Notes: generated by a model not told the origin, from the letters alone. A stretch of 64,000 bases of DNA from an uncultured Acidimicrobiaceae bacterium (GCA_963832925.1 CAWHVY010000013.1:29797-93796), one strand, 5' to 3'. Shown: positions 37,582 to 49,393, counted from the stretch's first letter. Translations and numbers: made by a program.

Positions 37582-38871
37582 CTACCGCTTCAGGAAGCCT
37601 TCGTAGTTACGCATCATCAACTGGCTGTCGATCTGGCGCATGGTCTCCAAGGCGACACCCACCGCGATCAACAGCGTCGTCCCGTAGTAGGGGAACTTGT
37701 TGATGTTCCAGAGCGCCATCAGGATGCTCGGCACGACCGCGACCGAGGCCAGGAAGAACGCGCCGACGACCGTGATGCGAGAGAGCATCTTGGCGAAGTA
37801 ACGCTCGGTCGGCATGCCCGGGCGGATACCGGGCACGAAGCCACCCTGTTGGCGCAGCATCTCAGCCTGTTGGTGCGGCTCGAAGGCGATGTAGACGTAG
37901 AAGAACGTGAAGGCCACGATCAAGACGAAGTCCGAGATGATGTAGAAGAAGCTCGTCGGGTGCAGCGAGGAGTTCACGAAGTTCGTGAAGCTCGCCCACG
38001 GCACGATGTTGCTCAAGAGGATCGGGATGTAGAGCACCGAGGACGCGAAGATGATCGGGATAACCCCGGACTGGTTGACCTTCAAGGGGATATACGTCGA
38101 GTTCCCGCCCATCTCCTTTCGACCGACGACTCGTCGGGCGAAGGTCACCGGGATGCGGCGCTGACCGTTGTCCATGAAGACGATCAAGACCAGCAGCGCG
38201 ATCGAGACGATCAGCAGGACCACGAACTTGACCGGGCCGCCCTCGTCCAAGACGGCGTGGCCACCCGAGGGGATGCCCGCCACGACGTTGGCGAAGATGA
38301 GCAGTGACATGCCCTGGCCGATGCCGCGCTGGGTGATGAGTTCGGCCAGCCACATGACGAAGGCCGTGCCGGCGGTCATGATCGCGACCATGAACAGACC
38401 CAGCTCGAGGTTGAACTTCGGGATGAGGTCGATGTTGAAACCGAGCAACGCCTGGTCGTGACCGTGGAAGGCGTAGATGAGTCCGGTCGACTGCAGCAGT
38501 GCCAAGCCAATCGTCAAGTACCGCGTCGTCTGGGTGATCTTCTTCTGTCCGACGGCGCCCTGGTCACGCCACTGCGTGAGCTTGGGGATGACGGTCGTCA
38601 AGAGCTGGATGACGATGGAGCTCGTGATGTAGGGCATGACACCCAGTCCGAAGACCGCGAGTCGGGTGAGCGCGCCACCGGAGAAGAGGTTCAAGAAGCC
38701 GAGGACGCCACTGGCGCCGGCCTTCTCCTGGAGCAGGCGGACCTGGCTCCAACTGACCCCGGGGATCGGGATGTTGGCACCGGCCTGGTAGAGGCAGATG
38801 ATGCCAATCGTGAACAGGACCTTGTTGCGAAGGTCCGGTACGCGAAAGATGTTCCCGAGGCGGCGAAGCAC
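37582..38871 (-). CDS. secY: Preprotein translocase SecY
   Basis: DLRNKVLFT, LGVMPYITSSI, IGQGMSLLIF, GVIPIIFASS, PGIRPG, NYEGFL. Confidence 0.98.
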   Translation of the reverse strand: MLRRLGNIFRVPDLRNKVLFTIGIICLYQAGANIPIPGVSWSQVRLLQEKAGASGVLGFLNLFSGGALTRLAVFGLGVMPYITSSIVIQLLTTVIPKLTQWRDQGAVGQKKITQTTRYLTIGLALLQSTGLIYAFHGHDQALLGFNIDLIPKFNLELGLFMVAIMTAGTAFVMWLAELITQRGIGQGMSLLIFANVVAGIPSGGHAVLDEGGPVKFVVLLIVSIALLVLIVFMDNGQRRIPVTFARRVVGRKEMGGNSTYIPLKVNQSGVIPIIFASSVLYIPILLSNIVPWASFTNFVNSSLHPTSFFYIISDFVLIVAFTFFYVYIAFEPHQQAEMLRQQGGFVPGIRPGMPTERYFAKMLSRITVVGAFFLASVAVVPSILMALWNINKFPYYGTTLLIAVGVALETMRQIDSQLMMRNYEGFLKR

Positions 38872-38880
38872 TGTTGGACC

Positions 38881-39366
38881 TTAGCGGTTCTGGTGTTGGT
38901 TGCCCGAGGCGGGAGGACGAACGGCGAAGGGCAGGGCCACCTCGGTCGCGGTCCCACCGGCGCCCTCGATCGCGGCCTTGGCCGACGCCGAGAAACGGTG
39001 GGCCGAGACGTTGAGCGCGCTCGTGAGTTCGCCACGTCCCAGGACCTTCACGAAGTCCTTCTTTCGCGCCAGGCCGCGCTCGACGAGCACGTCGAGCGTG
39101 ATGTCACTGACCCCGAGGGCGCTCAGCGCGTCGAGGTTGACCGGGGTGTACTCGACACGGAACGGGTTGGTGAAGCCCTTCAGCTTCGGGATGCGCTGGA
39201 GGAGCGGCAACTGGCCGCCCTCGAAGCCGGCCGGGATCTGGCGTCGGGCCTTCTGGCCCTTGGTGCCACGTCCGGCCGTCTTGCCGCCGCGACCACCGAT
39301 ACCACGACCGACGATCTTCTTGCGCTTGATCGAGCCTTCGGGTGACTTGAGATCGTGCAACTTCAT
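38881..39366 (-). CDS. rplO: 50S ribosomal protein L15
   Basis: GRGIGGRGGKTAGRGTKGQKAR, FEGGQLPL. Confidence 0.97.
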   Translation of the reverse strand: MKLHDLKSPEGSIKRKKIVGRGIGGRGGKTAGRGTKGQKARRQIPAGFEGGQLPLLQRIPKLKGFTNPFRVEYTPVNLDALSALGVSDITLDVLVERGLARKKDFVKVLGRGELTSALNVSAHRFSASAKAAIEGAGGTATEVALPFAVRPPASGNQHQNR

Positions 39367-39545
39367 TCGTTGACCTCTTCTACTTTCACGAGGTGCGGCA
39401 CTCGAGCGATCATCCCGTGGATCTCGGGACGATCAGGCAGCACGTTGGATTGGCCGATGCCGCGAAGTCCCAACGCGCGGAGGGTCCCGCGGTGCTTGGG
39501 CTTGGTGGCGATGCCGGAACGAATCTGGGTGACTTTGAGTTGCAT
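39363..39545 (-). CDS. rpmD: 50S ribosomal protein L30
   Basis: LKVTQIRSGI, TLRALGLR, GMIARVPHLV. Confidence 0.96.
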   Translation of the reverse strand: MQLKVTQIRSGIATKPKHRGTLRALGLRGIGQSNVLPDRPEIHGMIARVPHLVKVEEVNE

Positions 39546-39546
39546 C

Positions 39547-40101
39547 TCAGCCCTCCGTTACTTTGAACAGGTCGCCCTCGCGCTGACGTTCGCGGTAGGC
39601 CCGCAACGTGCCCGACGGGATGACGTGGTCGGCCGGCTTGTCGCGCGAGGAAGCGATCTCCTCGGGGCGACGCAGCTGCTTCAGACCTTCGATGGTGGCG
39701 TGGGCCACGTTGATGCCGTTCGAGGATCCCAGTGACTTGGCGATGATGTCCTTCACGCCGGCCATCTCGAGGATCGCGCGCGCCGCACCACCGGCGATGA
39801 CACCGGTACCGGGCGCCGCCGGCTTCATCAACACGCGGCCGGCGCCCGAGGCGCCGAGGACCGGGTAGACGATGGTCGTGCCGGCGAGGGGCACGTCAAA
39901 GAGGTTCTTGCGCGCCTCTTCGATGCCCTTTTGCACGGCGAGGCCGGCTTCTTTGGCCTTGCCGTAACCGAGGCCGACGCGGCCCTTGCCGTCACCGATC
40001 ACCATGAGGGCGGTGAAGGAGAACCTGCGACCACCCTTGACGACCTTCGAGACGCGGTTCACCTTGATGGTGCGCTCTTCGAACTGTTCCAGGTCAGCCA
40101 T
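39547..40101 (-). CDS. rpsE: 30S ribosomal protein S5
   Basis: [26 protein letters not shown]. Confidence 0.98.
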   Translation of the reverse strand: MADLEQFEERTIKVNRVSKVVKGGRRFSFTALMVIGDGKGRVGLGYGKAKEAGLAVQKGIEEARKNLFDVPLAGTTIVYPVLGASGAGRVLMKPAAPGTGVIAGGAARAILEMAGVKDIIAKSLGSSNGINVAHATIEGLKQLRRPEEIASSRDKPADHVIPSGTLRAYRERQREGDLFKVTEG

Positions 40102-40457
40102 TAAAACTCCAGTCCGGCGGCGCGTAGGGCGTCAGCGAATGCCGCGACCCGGCCGTGATAATCGAATCCACCTCGGTCGAAGACGACCGCGGTGATGTTG
40201 GCCTCTTTGGCACGCTGCGCGAGTGTCTCGGCGACGGCCTTGGCCCCGGCGATGTTGCCGCCGGTGGTCTTCTTGTGACCGGCCTCGACCGAGGACGCGG
40301 CCGCGAGCGTGCGGCCCGTCGTGTCGTCGATGATCTGGGCCGAGATGTGCTTGTTGGTCCGCGAGACGGCGACGCGCGGGCGCTCGGCCGTGCCCGAGAG
40401 ACGACGGCGGATGCGCTTTTGACGACGCTTGCGTAGTTCGAGTGTGGTTCGTGGCAT
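40101..40457 (-). CDS. rplR: 50S ribosomal protein L18
   Basis: [27 protein letters not shown]. Confidence 0.97.
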   Translation of the reverse strand: MPRTTLELRKRRQKRIRRRLSGTAERPRVAVSRTNKHISAQIIDDTTGRTLAAASSVEAGHKKTTGGNIAGAKAVAETLAQRAKEANITAVVFDRGGFDYHGRVAAFADALRAAGLEF

Positions 40458-40996
40458 TACTTCGCAGCCTTTCCAGCCTTGCGCACTACTCGTTCGCCGA
40501 GGTAGCGCACGCCCTTGCCCTTGTAGGGCTCGGGCTTGCGGATCTTGCGGATGGACGCGGCGACCTGGCCGACGACCTCCTTGTCGGGACCCTTCACGAT
40601 CACGCGCGTCGGCAGCGGCACCTCGAAGGTGACGCCCTCGGGCGCGGTGAACTTGACGGGGTGTGAGAAGCCGAGGGCGAGGTCCAAGACGCCCGGTCCC
40701 CCGTTGGCGGCGCGGTAGCCGACGCCGATGATCTCGAGTTCCTTCGACCAGCCGTCGGTCACACCGACGACCATGTTGGCGATCAGCGTGCGCGTCAGTC
40801 CGTGCAGCGAGCGGTACTGCGTCTCGTCGTTGATACGTGAGACGGTGAGTACGTCGGCGTTTTGTTCGAGCGTGATGCCGTCGGGGATGACGCGGCTCAT
40901 GGTGCCGTTGGGACCCTTCACGGTCGCCACGCCGTCAGCGACGGTGATGGTGACCGAGGCGGGCACGGTGATGGGGTTGTTTCCGATGCGCGACAT
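40457..40996 (-). CDS. rplF: 50S ribosomal protein L6
   Basis: MSRIGNNPI, PEPYKGKGVRY. Confidence 0.98.
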   Translation of the reverse strand: MSRIGNNPITVPASVTITVADGVATVKGPNGTMSRVIPDGITLEQNADVLTVSRINDETQYRSLHGLTRTLIANMVVGVTDGWSKELEIIGVGYRAANGGPGVLDLALGFSHPVKFTAPEGVTFEVPLPTRVIVKGPDKEVVGQVAASIRKIRKPEPYKGKGVRYLGERVVRKAGKAAK

Positions 40997-41014
40997 CAGC
41001 GGACCTTCCTTGGA

Positions 41015-41419
41015 CTACCAGACATAACAGAGCACCTCGCCACCGAGCTTGGCCTTGCGGGCTTCGCGGTCGGTCATCAGGCCGTGGCTCGTCGAGACGA
41101 CGGCGACGCCGACGCCTCCCAGAACCTTGGGCATCTGGTCGGACTTCTTGTAGATACGAAGACCGGGCTTGGAGACGCGCTTGATACCGATGATCGTCTT
41201 CTTGCGGTCCTCTGAGTACTTGAGGGCGATCTCGAGCTGGTTGCCGGGCTTGCCGTCGACCTTCGAGACGGTGAAGCCCGCGATGAAGCCCTCGCGCTCG
41301 AGGACCTTCGCGAGGTTCTCCTTCAACTTCGACGAGGGCATCTTGACGGTGTCGAACATCGCGGAGTTCGCGTTGCGGATCCGCGTGAGCATGTCGGCGA
41401 TGGGGTCGGTCATTGTCAT
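41015..41419 (-). CDS. rpsH: 30S ribosomal protein S8
   Basis: [28 protein letters not shown]. Confidence 0.98.
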   Translation of the reverse strand: MTMTDPIADMLTRIRNANSAMFDTVKMPSSKLKENLAKVLEREGFIAGFTVSKVDGKPGNQLEIALKYSEDRKKTIIGIKRVSKPGLRIYKKSDQMPKVLGGVGVAVVSTSHGLMTDREARKAKLGGEVLCYVW

Positions 41420-41426
41420 GATCTAC

Positions 41427-41612
41427 CTACCAACTTGCCTTCGTCACGCCGGGAATCTCGCCGGCGTGCACCATCTGACGCAAGCAAATACGGCACAGGC
41501 CGAACTTGCGGTACACCGAGCGCGGCCGACCACATCGTTCACAGCGCGTGTAGGCACGCGTCGAGAACTTCGGGGTCTTCTGCTGCTTGATGCGAAGAGC
41601 TTTCTTTGCCAT
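41427..41612 (-). CDS. rpsN: 30S ribosomal protein S14 (type Z, Zn-binding)
   Basis: [23 protein letters not shown], 61 aa. Confidence 0.97.
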   Translation of the reverse strand: MAKKALRIKQQKTPKFSTRAYTRCERCGRPRSVYRKFGLCRICLRQMVHAGEIPGVTKASW

Positions 41613-41614
41613 AT

Positions 41615-42178
41615 CTACTTGTTCTCCTGCTTGAAGGGGAAGCCATACGCGCGCAAGAATGCGCGGCCCTGCTCGTCGGTCGCGGCCGTGGTGACGATCG
41701 TGATGTCGAAACCACGCGGCGCGTCGATCTTGTCGTAGTCGACCTCGGGGAAGATCAACTGGTCATTGATGCCGAACGTGTAGTTGCCGTGTCCGTCGAA
41801 GGACTTCGGCGACAGACCACGGAAGTCGCGGATTCGCGGGATCGCGAGGCTGAGCAGTCGGTCGAAGAACTCCCAGGCGCGGTCCCCGCGCAGGGTCACC
41901 TTCACGCCGATGGGCTGTTCTTCGCGGAGCTTGAAGCTCGCGATCGACTTCTTCGCGCGCGTCACGACCGGCTTCTGGCCGGTGATGAGTTCGAGGTCAC
42001 GCTGGGCGCCCTCTAAGAGCGACGCCTGTTGCGTGGCGCGACCGACACCACTGTTCAGCACGATCTTCGTAAGGCGCGGGACCTGCATGATGTTGTCGAG
42101 GCCGAGTTCTTCTTTGAGCGACTCACGAATCTCTTCGTCGAAGCGCACCTTGAGGCGGGGGCGAGTTGCGGTGGTCAT
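41615..42178 (-). CDS. rplE: 50S ribosomal protein L5
   Basis: [44 protein letters not shown]. Confidence 0.98.
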   Translation of the reverse strand: MTTATRPRLKVRFDEEIRESLKEELGLDNIMQVPRLTKIVLNSGVGRATQQASLLEGAQRDLELITGQKPVVTRAKKSIASFKLREEQPIGVKVTLRGDRAWEFFDRLLSLAIPRIRDFRGLSPKSFDGHGNYTFGINDQLIFPEVDYDKIDAPRGFDITIVTTAATDEQGRAFLRAYGFPFKQENK

Positions 42179-42489
42179 TTCTCGAGAACCTCTCCACACT
42201 TGCGACAGACGCGGTGCTTCACGCCCTCGTCGTCGGTGTTGTAGCCGACCTTGGCCGGTCCCTTGTGGTTGTCGCACCACAGCGCCACGTTGCTCGCATC
42301 GAGCGGCATCAACTTGTCGATGATGCCGGCCTGCATGGTCGAGCCGGCCTGCTTGGTGTGACGCTTGGCGATGTTGAGGCCGTCGAGGATCACCTTGTTG
42401 GCACTCGGCAACGCCTCTTCGACGTTGGCACGCTCGCCGCGGAACTTGCCGGCCAAGACGAACACTTCGTCACCTTTTCTGATCTTCAT
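42175..42489 (-). CDS. rplX: 50S ribosomal protein L24
   Basis: [22 protein letters not shown]. Confidence 0.96.
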   Translation of the reverse strand: MKIRKGDEVFVLAGKFRGERANVEEALPSANKVILDGLNIAKRHTKQAGSTMQAGIIDKLMPLDASNVALWCDNHKGPAKVGYNTDDEGVKHRVCRKCGEVLEK

Positions 42490-42857
42490 TACAGCACCTC
42501 CGGTGCCAGCGAAATAATGCGCATGAACTTCTTGTCGCGCAGTTCGCGACCGACTGGTCCGAAGATGCGCGTGCCGCGCGGCTGCAGCTGGTCGTTGATC
42601 AGCACCGCGGCGTTCTCGTCGAACTTGATGTAGGAGCCGTCGGGACGACGCTTCTCCTTGGACGTGCGAACGACGACGCAGCGAACCACGTCTCCCTTCT
42701 TCACGGCGGCCCCGGGGATCGCTTCCTTGACGGTGGCGATGAAGACGTCACCGATCGAGGCGTAGCGACGACGCGACCCGCCGAGCACGCGGATGCAAAG
42801 GACTTCCTTCGCCCCGCTGTTGTCAGCGACCTTGAGTCGACTCTCTTGCTGGATCAT
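42489..42857 (-). CDS. rplN: 50S ribosomal protein L14
   Basis: [29 protein letters not shown]. Confidence 0.98.
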   Translation of the reverse strand: MIQQESRLKVADNSGAKEVLCIRVLGGSRRRYASIGDVFIATVKEAIPGAAVKKGDVVRCVVVRTSKEKRRPDGSYIKFDENAAVLINDQLQPRGTRIFGPVGRELRDKKFMRIISLAPEVL

Positions 42858-43141
42858 CGAGCACGCTCCACGACTTCGGTGAGGCGCCAGCGCTTGAGCT
42901 TGGACAGCGGACGGGTCTCTTGGACGCGGACCTTGTCGCCGATCTTGGCCTCGTTGTTCTCGTCGTGCACGTAGAGCTTCTTCGTGCGCTGCACGGTCTT
43001 GCCGTACCGCGGGTGCGAGACACGCTCGTTCACCGCGACGACCAGCGTCGAGTTCATCTTGTCCGACACGACGATGCCCTCGCGGATCTTGCGGGGATTC
43101 ACACGGGTCGTGTCGTTGGTTGTTTCGTTCGAGTCAGTCAT
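42854..43141 (-). CDS. rpsQ: 30S ribosomal protein S17
   Basis: [25 protein letters not shown]. Confidence 0.97.
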   Translation of the reverse strand: MTDSNETTNDTTRVNPRKIREGIVVSDKMNSTLVVAVNERVSHPRYGKTVQRTKKLYVHDENNEAKIGDKVRVQETRPLSKLKRWRLTEVVERAR

Positions 43142-43143
43142 GA

Positions 43144-43377
43144 CTACTCACCTTCTCCAAGAGCCTCGGCGGCCGCGATCTCGCGCTCGCGCGCAAAGGT
43201 CGACAGACGCGCGATGTCGCGGCGCACTTCATTGAGGCGTGCCGAGTTGTCGAGCTGGCCGGTCGCCAGTTGGAAGCGCATGTTGAACAGCTCGCGACGC
43301 GACTCGGCCAGTCGCTCGAGCAGTTCGCGGTCGCCCAACAGGCGCATCTCGGCAATACGTTCACGGGTCTTTGCCAT
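43144..43377 (-). CDS. rpmC: 50S ribosomal protein L29
   Basis: [21 protein letters not shown]. Confidence 0.96.
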   Translation of the reverse strand: MAKTRERIAEMRLLGDRELLERLAESRRELFNMRFQLATGQLDNSARLNEVRRDIARLSTFAREREIAAAEALGEGE

Positions 43378-43814
43378 TAGATGCTCACTTCCGGGGTCCC
43401 GTGCGTGCCGGGACGAATAACGAACTTGGCCTTGATCGGCAGCTTCTGGATGGCGCGCTCCATGGCGGCGCGCGCCAGGGCCTCGTCGACACCACCGAGC
43501 TCGAACATGATGCGACCGGGCTTCACGACGGCGACCCAGAACTCGGGGTTGCCCTTACCGGAACCCATGCGGGTCTCGGCCGGCTTCTGCGTGACGGGCT
43601 TGTCGGGGAAGACGCGGATCCAGACCTTGCCACCACGCTTCACGTGACGGGTCATCGCGATACGAGCCGCTTCGATCTGGCGCGCGGTGATCCACCCTCG
43701 TTCGAGGGCCTGGATTCCGAAGTCGCCGAAGTTCAGCTCGACGCCGCCCTTGGCGTTGCCGCCACGACGTCCGCGCTGCTGCTTGCGGTGCTTTACCTTG
43801 CGGGGCATCAACAT
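43377..43814 (-). CDS. rplP: 50S ribosomal protein L16
   Basis: [24 protein letters not shown]. Confidence 0.98.
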   Translation of the reverse strand: MLMPRKVKHRKQQRGRRGGNAKGGVELNFGDFGIQALERGWITARQIEAARIAMTRHVKRGGKVWIRVFPDKPVTQKPAETRMGSGKGNPEFWVAVVKPGRIMFELGGVDEALARAAMERAIQKLPIKAKFVIRPGTHGTPEVSI

Positions 43815-43816
43815 GG

Positions 43817-44766
<950 letters not shown>

Positions 44767-44767
<1 letters not shown>

Positions 44768-45525
44768 TACTTCGTCTCCTCAGTGGTGTCGTCGTCTGTG
44801 GCGTCATCGGCCGGTGCTTCGTCGGCCGGTGCTTCAGCCACGGGTGCTTCTTCAGGCGTCTCCTCGGTCGCTTCGACGTCGTCGGCGACCTCGGTGTCAG
44901 CACCCGCCATGACGTCGGTGTCAAGGTCCTCGACCGGCGTGTCGACGGTGTCGAACTCGCTCGTGTCGGTCTCCAAGGCCTCGTCGGCGAGCAATGCGGC
45001 CTGGGCTTCCAACGCCTCGTTCTCGGCGGCTTCGGCGGCGGCGGTCTCGCGCTTGTTCAAACTCGCCGTCTGGTCGGCGCGCTTGCGCGACGAGGCAACG
45101 CGACGGGTGCGGCTCGCGGCGGCCTGGGCGCTGCGCGCGTTGCGCAACGTCGCTAGACGCTCGTCGGGCAGACGCGACACGATCACCGTGATGTGACAGG
45201 CGCGCTTGCGGATCTGGCCGGCACGACCACGCGCACGCGGCGTGAAACGCTTCATCGTGATGCCCTCATCGGCGTAGGCGGCCGAGACGAACAGCTCGTC
45301 GGCCTGCATGGCGTCGTTGGTGACGGCGTTGGCGACGGCCGAGGCGAGGACCTTGCCGATCACGTCGGCGGCCTCGCGTGTGGTGCCGGCGAGGATCTCG
45401 CGCGCGGTCGTGACGTCCTCACCGCGGATGAGGTTCAACACGACGCGAGCCTTGCTCGCGGACATGTGGTAGCCGCGCAGCGTGGCGCGGGTGCCGGGAC
45501 GTTCGTTCAGCTTGGGACCGGTCAT
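44767..45525 (-). CDS. rplV: 50S ribosomal protein L22 with a long C-terminal extension
   Basis: [28 protein letters not shown], followed by ~130 low-complexity residues. Confidence 0.95.
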
Positions 45526-45803
45526 TATCGCTTACCCGTCTTTTCCTGGCCGGCGTGGAAGCGGAAGGTTCGCGTCGGCGCGAACTCCCCCAGCTTGTGG
45601 CCGACCATCGACTCGTTGACGAAGACCGGGACGTGGCGACGACCATCGTGGACGGCGAAGGTGTGCCCGACCATGTCGGGGATCACCGTCGAGCGACGGC
45701 TCCAGGTCTTGATGACCTTCTTCTCGTTCGCCGCGTTCATCGCGTCCACCTTCTTCAGAAGATGCGCATCGATGAACGGACCCTTTTTGAGACTTCGTGA
45801 CAT
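45525..45803 (-). CDS. rpsS: 30S ribosomal protein S19
   Basis: [23 protein letters not shown]. Confidence 0.98.
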   Translation of the reverse strand: MSRSLKKGPFIDAHLLKKVDAMNAANEKKVIKTWSRRSTVIPDMVGHTFAVHDGRRHVPVFVNESMVGHKLGEFAPTRTFRFHAGQEKTGKR

Positions 45804-45810
45804 TCTCTAC

Positions 45811-46644
45811 CTACCTTCGCGCGCCGCGTCCACGGCGACGACGAATAATCAACTTGTCCGATGCCTTCGGCAAGCGTGTACGACCTTCAGGCTGACCCCA
45901 CGGCGAGACCGGGTGACGTCCACCGGACGTCTTGCCTTCGCCACCACCGAGTGGGTGGTCGACCGGGTTCATGGCGACACCACGCGTCTGGGGGCGGATG
46001 CCCTTCCAGCGGTTGCGTCCGGCCTTGCCGATCGACGTGAGTTCGTGCTCAGAGTTCCCGACGGTGCCGAGCGTGGCGCGACAGTCGATCGGCACGCGGC
46101 GCATTTCCGTTGACGGCAGTCGAAGCGTGGCGTAGGCGCCCTCTTTCGCGACGATCTGCACGCCCATACCGGCGCTGCGCGCCATCTTGCCGCCGCCACC
46201 GGGGCGCAGCTCGACGTTGTGCACGGTGGAACCGGTCGGGATGAAGCGCATCGGCAGCGAGTTGCCGGTGCGGATGTCGGCCTTGGGACCGCTCTCGACC
46301 ATGTCGTCGACCTTGAGGCCGTTGGGCGCGAGGATGTAGCGCTTCTCGCCGTCCAGGTAGTGCAGCAGCGCGATGCGACAGGTGCGATTCGGGTCGTATT
46401 CGATCGCCGCGACGCGCGCGGGGATCGCGTCCTTGTTGCGCTTGAAGTCGATGATGCGGTACTGCTGCTTGTGACCACCACCGCGGTGACGCGAGGTCTT
46501 GCGGCCGAGGTTGTTGCGGCCACCGGTCTTGGGCTTGGAGTCGAGCAGCGACTTCTCGGGCAGGGTCTTGGTGATGTCGGCGAAGTCCGACACCGTCTGG
46601 AAGCGGCGCCCGGGGCTCGTGGGTTTGCGTTGACGGAGGGCCAT
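45811..46644 (-). CDS. rplB: 50S ribosomal protein L2
   Basis: [33 protein letters not shown]. Confidence 0.98.
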   Translation of the reverse strand: MALRQRKPTSPGRRFQTVSDFADITKTLPEKSLLDSKPKTGGRNNLGRKTSRHRGGGHKQQYRIIDFKRNKDAIPARVAAIEYDPNRTCRIALLHYLDGEKRYILAPNGLKVDDMVESGPKADIRTGNSLPMRFIPTGSTVHNVELRPGGGGKMARSAGMGVQIVAKEGAYATLRLPSTEMRRVPIDCRATLGTVGNSEHELTSIGKAGRNRWKGIRPQTRGVAMNPVDHPLGGGEGKTSGGRHPVSPWGQPEGRTRLPKASDKLIIRRRRGRGARR

Positions 46645-46652
46645 GGCAGTCC

Positions 46653-46943
46653 TTAGTTGTCGAAGAGGTTGATCGTGTCACCGGCTCGCAGGGTGACGAT
46701 GGCCCGCTTCGAGCCGGGGCGCATGCCCACGACACCGGTGCGACGGTTGCGCGTCGACTTACCCTTGCGGTTGAGAGTGTTGACGTTGGTGACCTTGACG
46801 TTGAAGGTCCGCTCGACGGCGTTGCGCACGTCGATCTTGGTGGAGTTCGGGGCCACGATGAAGACGTAGGTGCCCTTATCCATCAAGGCGTAGGTCTTTT
46901 CCGAGACGACCGGTCGAATCAGGACGCTCATGGCATCGCGCAT
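46653..46943 (-). CDS. rplW: 50S ribosomal protein L23
   Basis: [27 protein letters not shown]. Confidence 0.97.
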   Translation of the reverse strand: MRDAMSVLIRPVVSEKTYALMDKGTYVFIVAPNSTKIDVRNAVERTFNVKVTNVNTLNRKGKSTRNRRTGVVGMRPGSKRAIVTLRAGDTINLFDN

Positions 46944-47623
46944 CAGCTGTTCTCCTTCAGGGTCGGCAACGTCGCGTCGGTGAAGACGATCCAGTCACAG
47001 TCGAGGACGTCGTAGGCATTGATCTCGCCGGCGTCGATGGACTTCACGTTCCTCAGGTTCCGGAACGAGCGAAGCGCCGTGGCGTCATCGCGGCTCAAGA
47101 CGACCAAGATCTTGCCGTCGACACCGAGCGCCCCGAGCGCGGCGATCGCGTCCTTGGTCTTGGGCGTCTCCCACTTGGCGTAGCTGTCGATGACGACGAC
47201 GCGCTCCATGGCGGCGCGGTCCGACAGCGCGGAGTAGAGCGCCAGGCGGATCATCTTCTTGGGCGTCTTCTGGTCGTACTTGCGCGGCTTGGGGCCGAGC
47301 GCGATGCCACCACCCGGGTAGTGCGGGGCGCGAATGGTGCCTTGGCGCGCACCGCCGGTGCCCTTCTGGTTGAACGGCTTCTTGCCACCACCGCGGACTT
47401 CCTTACGCGTCTTGGTCGACTGCGTACCGGAGCGCTTGGCGGCGAGTTGCGCCTTGATGACCTGGTGCAGCACGGCCATGTTGGGCTCGATGCCGAAGAA
47501 CGTCGGCTCGAGGTCGACGGAGCCGAGGTCGGTTCCGTCGAGGGACTTGCGGGTCACCGAGCGCTTGGCGGGCTCGGGTCGGTCCTTTTTGATCGGACCG
47601 CGAAGGGTGAAGACGTCGGTCAT
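46943..47623 (-). CDS. rplD: 50S ribosomal protein L4
   Basis: TKTRKEVRGGGKKP, QKGTGGARQG, GPKPR. Confidence 0.97.
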   Translation of the reverse strand: MTDVFTLRGPIKKDRPEPAKRSVTRKSLDGTDLGSVDLEPTFFGIEPNMAVLHQVIKAQLAAKRSGTQSTKTRKEVRGGGKKPFNQKGTGGARQGTIRAPHYPGGGIALGPKPRKYDQKTPKKMIRLALYSALSDRAAMERVVVIDSYAKWETPKTKDAIAALGALGVDGKILVVLSRDDATALRSFRNLRNVKSIDAGEINAYDVLDCDWIVFTDATLPTLKENS

Positions 47624-48279
47624 CGGGCACCTCCGGCCTTCATCGGGTTCTTCACGGACGTGCGCAGCACGACGGTGCCGCCGCGAGGGCCGGGCACCGC
47701 GCCCTTGACGAGCACCAGGTGGCGCTCGACGTCAACGGAGATCACTTCGAGATTGGTGGTCGTCACTTGACCGCCGCCCATGCGACCGGCCATCTTCGTG
47801 CCCTTGAAGACACGGCCCGGTGTGGCACAGGCGCCAATGGAACCGGGCGCGCGGTGGTGCTTGTGGTTACCGTGCGCGCCGCCCTGACCGGAGAAGTTGT
47901 GGCGCTTCATGCCACCGGCGAAGCCCTTGCCCTTGGCCACGGCCGTCGCGTCGATCATCTCGCCCGCCGAAAAGGCGTCGGCGAGGATCTCCTGGCCGAC
48001 GCTGTAACCCGAGACGTCATCGAGACGAAGCTCGACGAGCTTCTTGCCGGGGGTCACGCCGGCCTTTTCGAAGTGGCCGAGCTCGGGCTTGGAGAGGGTC
48101 GAGGTGCGACGGGTCCCCCACGTCACCTGGACGGCTGAGTAGCCCTCCTTTTCAGGTGTCTTCACCTGAACGACGCGAGCGGGGCTGACGCGTACCACCG
48201 TCACGGGGATGGCCCGGTTCTGGTCGTCCCAGACCTGGGTCATGCCCACCTTCTCGCCGACGATCGCTTTGGTCGCCAC
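47620..48279 (-). CDS. rplC: 50S ribosomal protein L3
   Basis: GTG start, ATKAIVGEKVGMTQ, KGKGFAGGMKRH, HRAPGSIG, KGAVPG. Confidence 0.98.
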   Translation of the reverse strand: MATKAIVGEKVGMTQVWDDQNRAIPVTVVRVSPARVVQVKTPEKEGYSAVQVTWGTRRTSTLSKPELGHFEKAGVTPGKKLVELRLDDVSGYSVGQEILADAFSAGEMIDATAVAKGKGFAGGMKRHNFSGQGGAHGNHKHHRAPGSIGACATPGRVFKGTKMAGRMGGGQVTTTNLEVISVDVERHLVLVKGAVPGPRGGTVVLRTSVKNPMKAGGAR

Positions 48280-48299
48280 GTGTGCCTCTTCTCTTCCTC

Positions 48300-48400
48300 T
48301 GCGCGTCGGATGTCCGACACACAGACGCTCCGCCGGGTCAGTAAACCCGAACGGAGCGCTCGACTGGTTCGGTTCAGCGTTCCCCGAAGGGCGACTGAAC
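48300..48400 (-). promoter_or_regulatory. Structured 5' leader of rplC with three consecutive hairpins
   Basis: Hairpins at 48372-48400 (cUUCGg loop), ~48326-48358 and 48300-48322. Confidence 0.5.
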
Positions 48401-48441
48401 ACTTCTTTTGTTCGCCCCAAACTGCTTTATGGGGGCTATTA

Positions 48442-48471
48442 ACAGTACATCACAGGGACTCTTCAATGCAA
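48442..48471 (-). promoter_or_regulatory. Candidate promoter for rplC
   Basis: TTGCAT-N18-TACTGT on the minus strand. Confidence 0.4.
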
Positions 48472-48530
48472 AGCCCGGATACCGTGTTGACTCGGCCACG
48501 ATTCTAACCGCGCAAGAGGAGTTCATCTAC

Positions 48531-49352
48531 ATGTCCCTTAGCGAAACAATGTTGTTCACGGCGGTCGAAATACGAGATTCGCTGGCTCACGCAATCGGCA
48601 CCGGGTTCCTCATGACCGTGAGAGGTGAGACGAATCCTGTAAACATCTGGCCCTACGTGGTCACAGCAGATCACGTTGTTCGAGACGTCGCAACGGTTTA
48701 CGTCGCAGCCCCTAACCCCAACGCCAATGGTGAGCTCTTTGAACCTGTGCTCGTTAAGGATTGGCATCAGCCCGACGAAAAGTTGGATCTGATTGCGGCG
48801 CCGTGGCCATACAAGCCCAACACTCCGTACGCGAGCATTCCGATGGAAAATGAGCTATATCCAATGGCCGACGAACAGGTCTCGTTACTTGGTTCTCCGG
48901 TTCACTACGTTGGGCTCTTCGCTCCAGCAGGTCGAATGATGGCAAGGGCCGGAACATTTGGAGTCATTGACGCCAAGGGCATCACCCATGACCCAGATTT
49001 CGGTTACGAATATGACTGCCATCTCATTGACTGCAGGTCGTACTGCGGATTTAGCGGTTCTCCCTGCTTCGTAGAACTCTTATTCATTCGGAAGATGAAC
49101 GAGAACGGCGAGGAGATATTCCTTCCCCACTACCGGGCTCTCATGGTTGGAATGTTCACGGAACACTACGATGACTCCGAAGATCCGGAGCTGAATCCTG
49201 AGACCGCAGTCTCCCGATTAGGCGTCGGCATAATGGTTCGAGGTGAAGATATCAAAAGGGCTTTGCTAAGTCCACATTTCGTTCAAGACCGAGCATCTCG
49301 TGAGGCTCAGAATGCACGCGCTCAACCGGGAAGTGGGCCTCCAACGAATTAG
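48531..49352 (+). CDS. Trypsin-like (chymotrypsin-fold) serine protease, no signal peptide
   Basis: IGTGFL, VVTADHVV (His), KLDLIA (Asp), GFSGSPCF (Ser); AGAGGAG SD before ATG 48531. Confidence 0.8.
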   Translation: MSLSETMLFTAVEIRDSLAHAIGTGFLMTVRGETNPVNIWPYVVTADHVVRDVATVYVAAPNPNANGELFEPVLVKDWHQPDEKLDLIAAPWPYKPNTPYASIPMENELYPMADEQVSLLGSPVHYVGLFAPAGRMMARAGTFGVIDAKGITHDPDFGYEYDCHLIDCRSYCGFSGSPCFVELLFIRKMNENGEEIFLPHYRALMVGMFTEHYDDSEDPELNPETAVSRLGVGIMVRGEDIKRALLSPHFVQDRASREAQNARAQPGSGPPTN

Positions 49353-49393
49353 TCATGTCAGGTCAAGACCGATGAGAAATCCCGATCTCGCAA

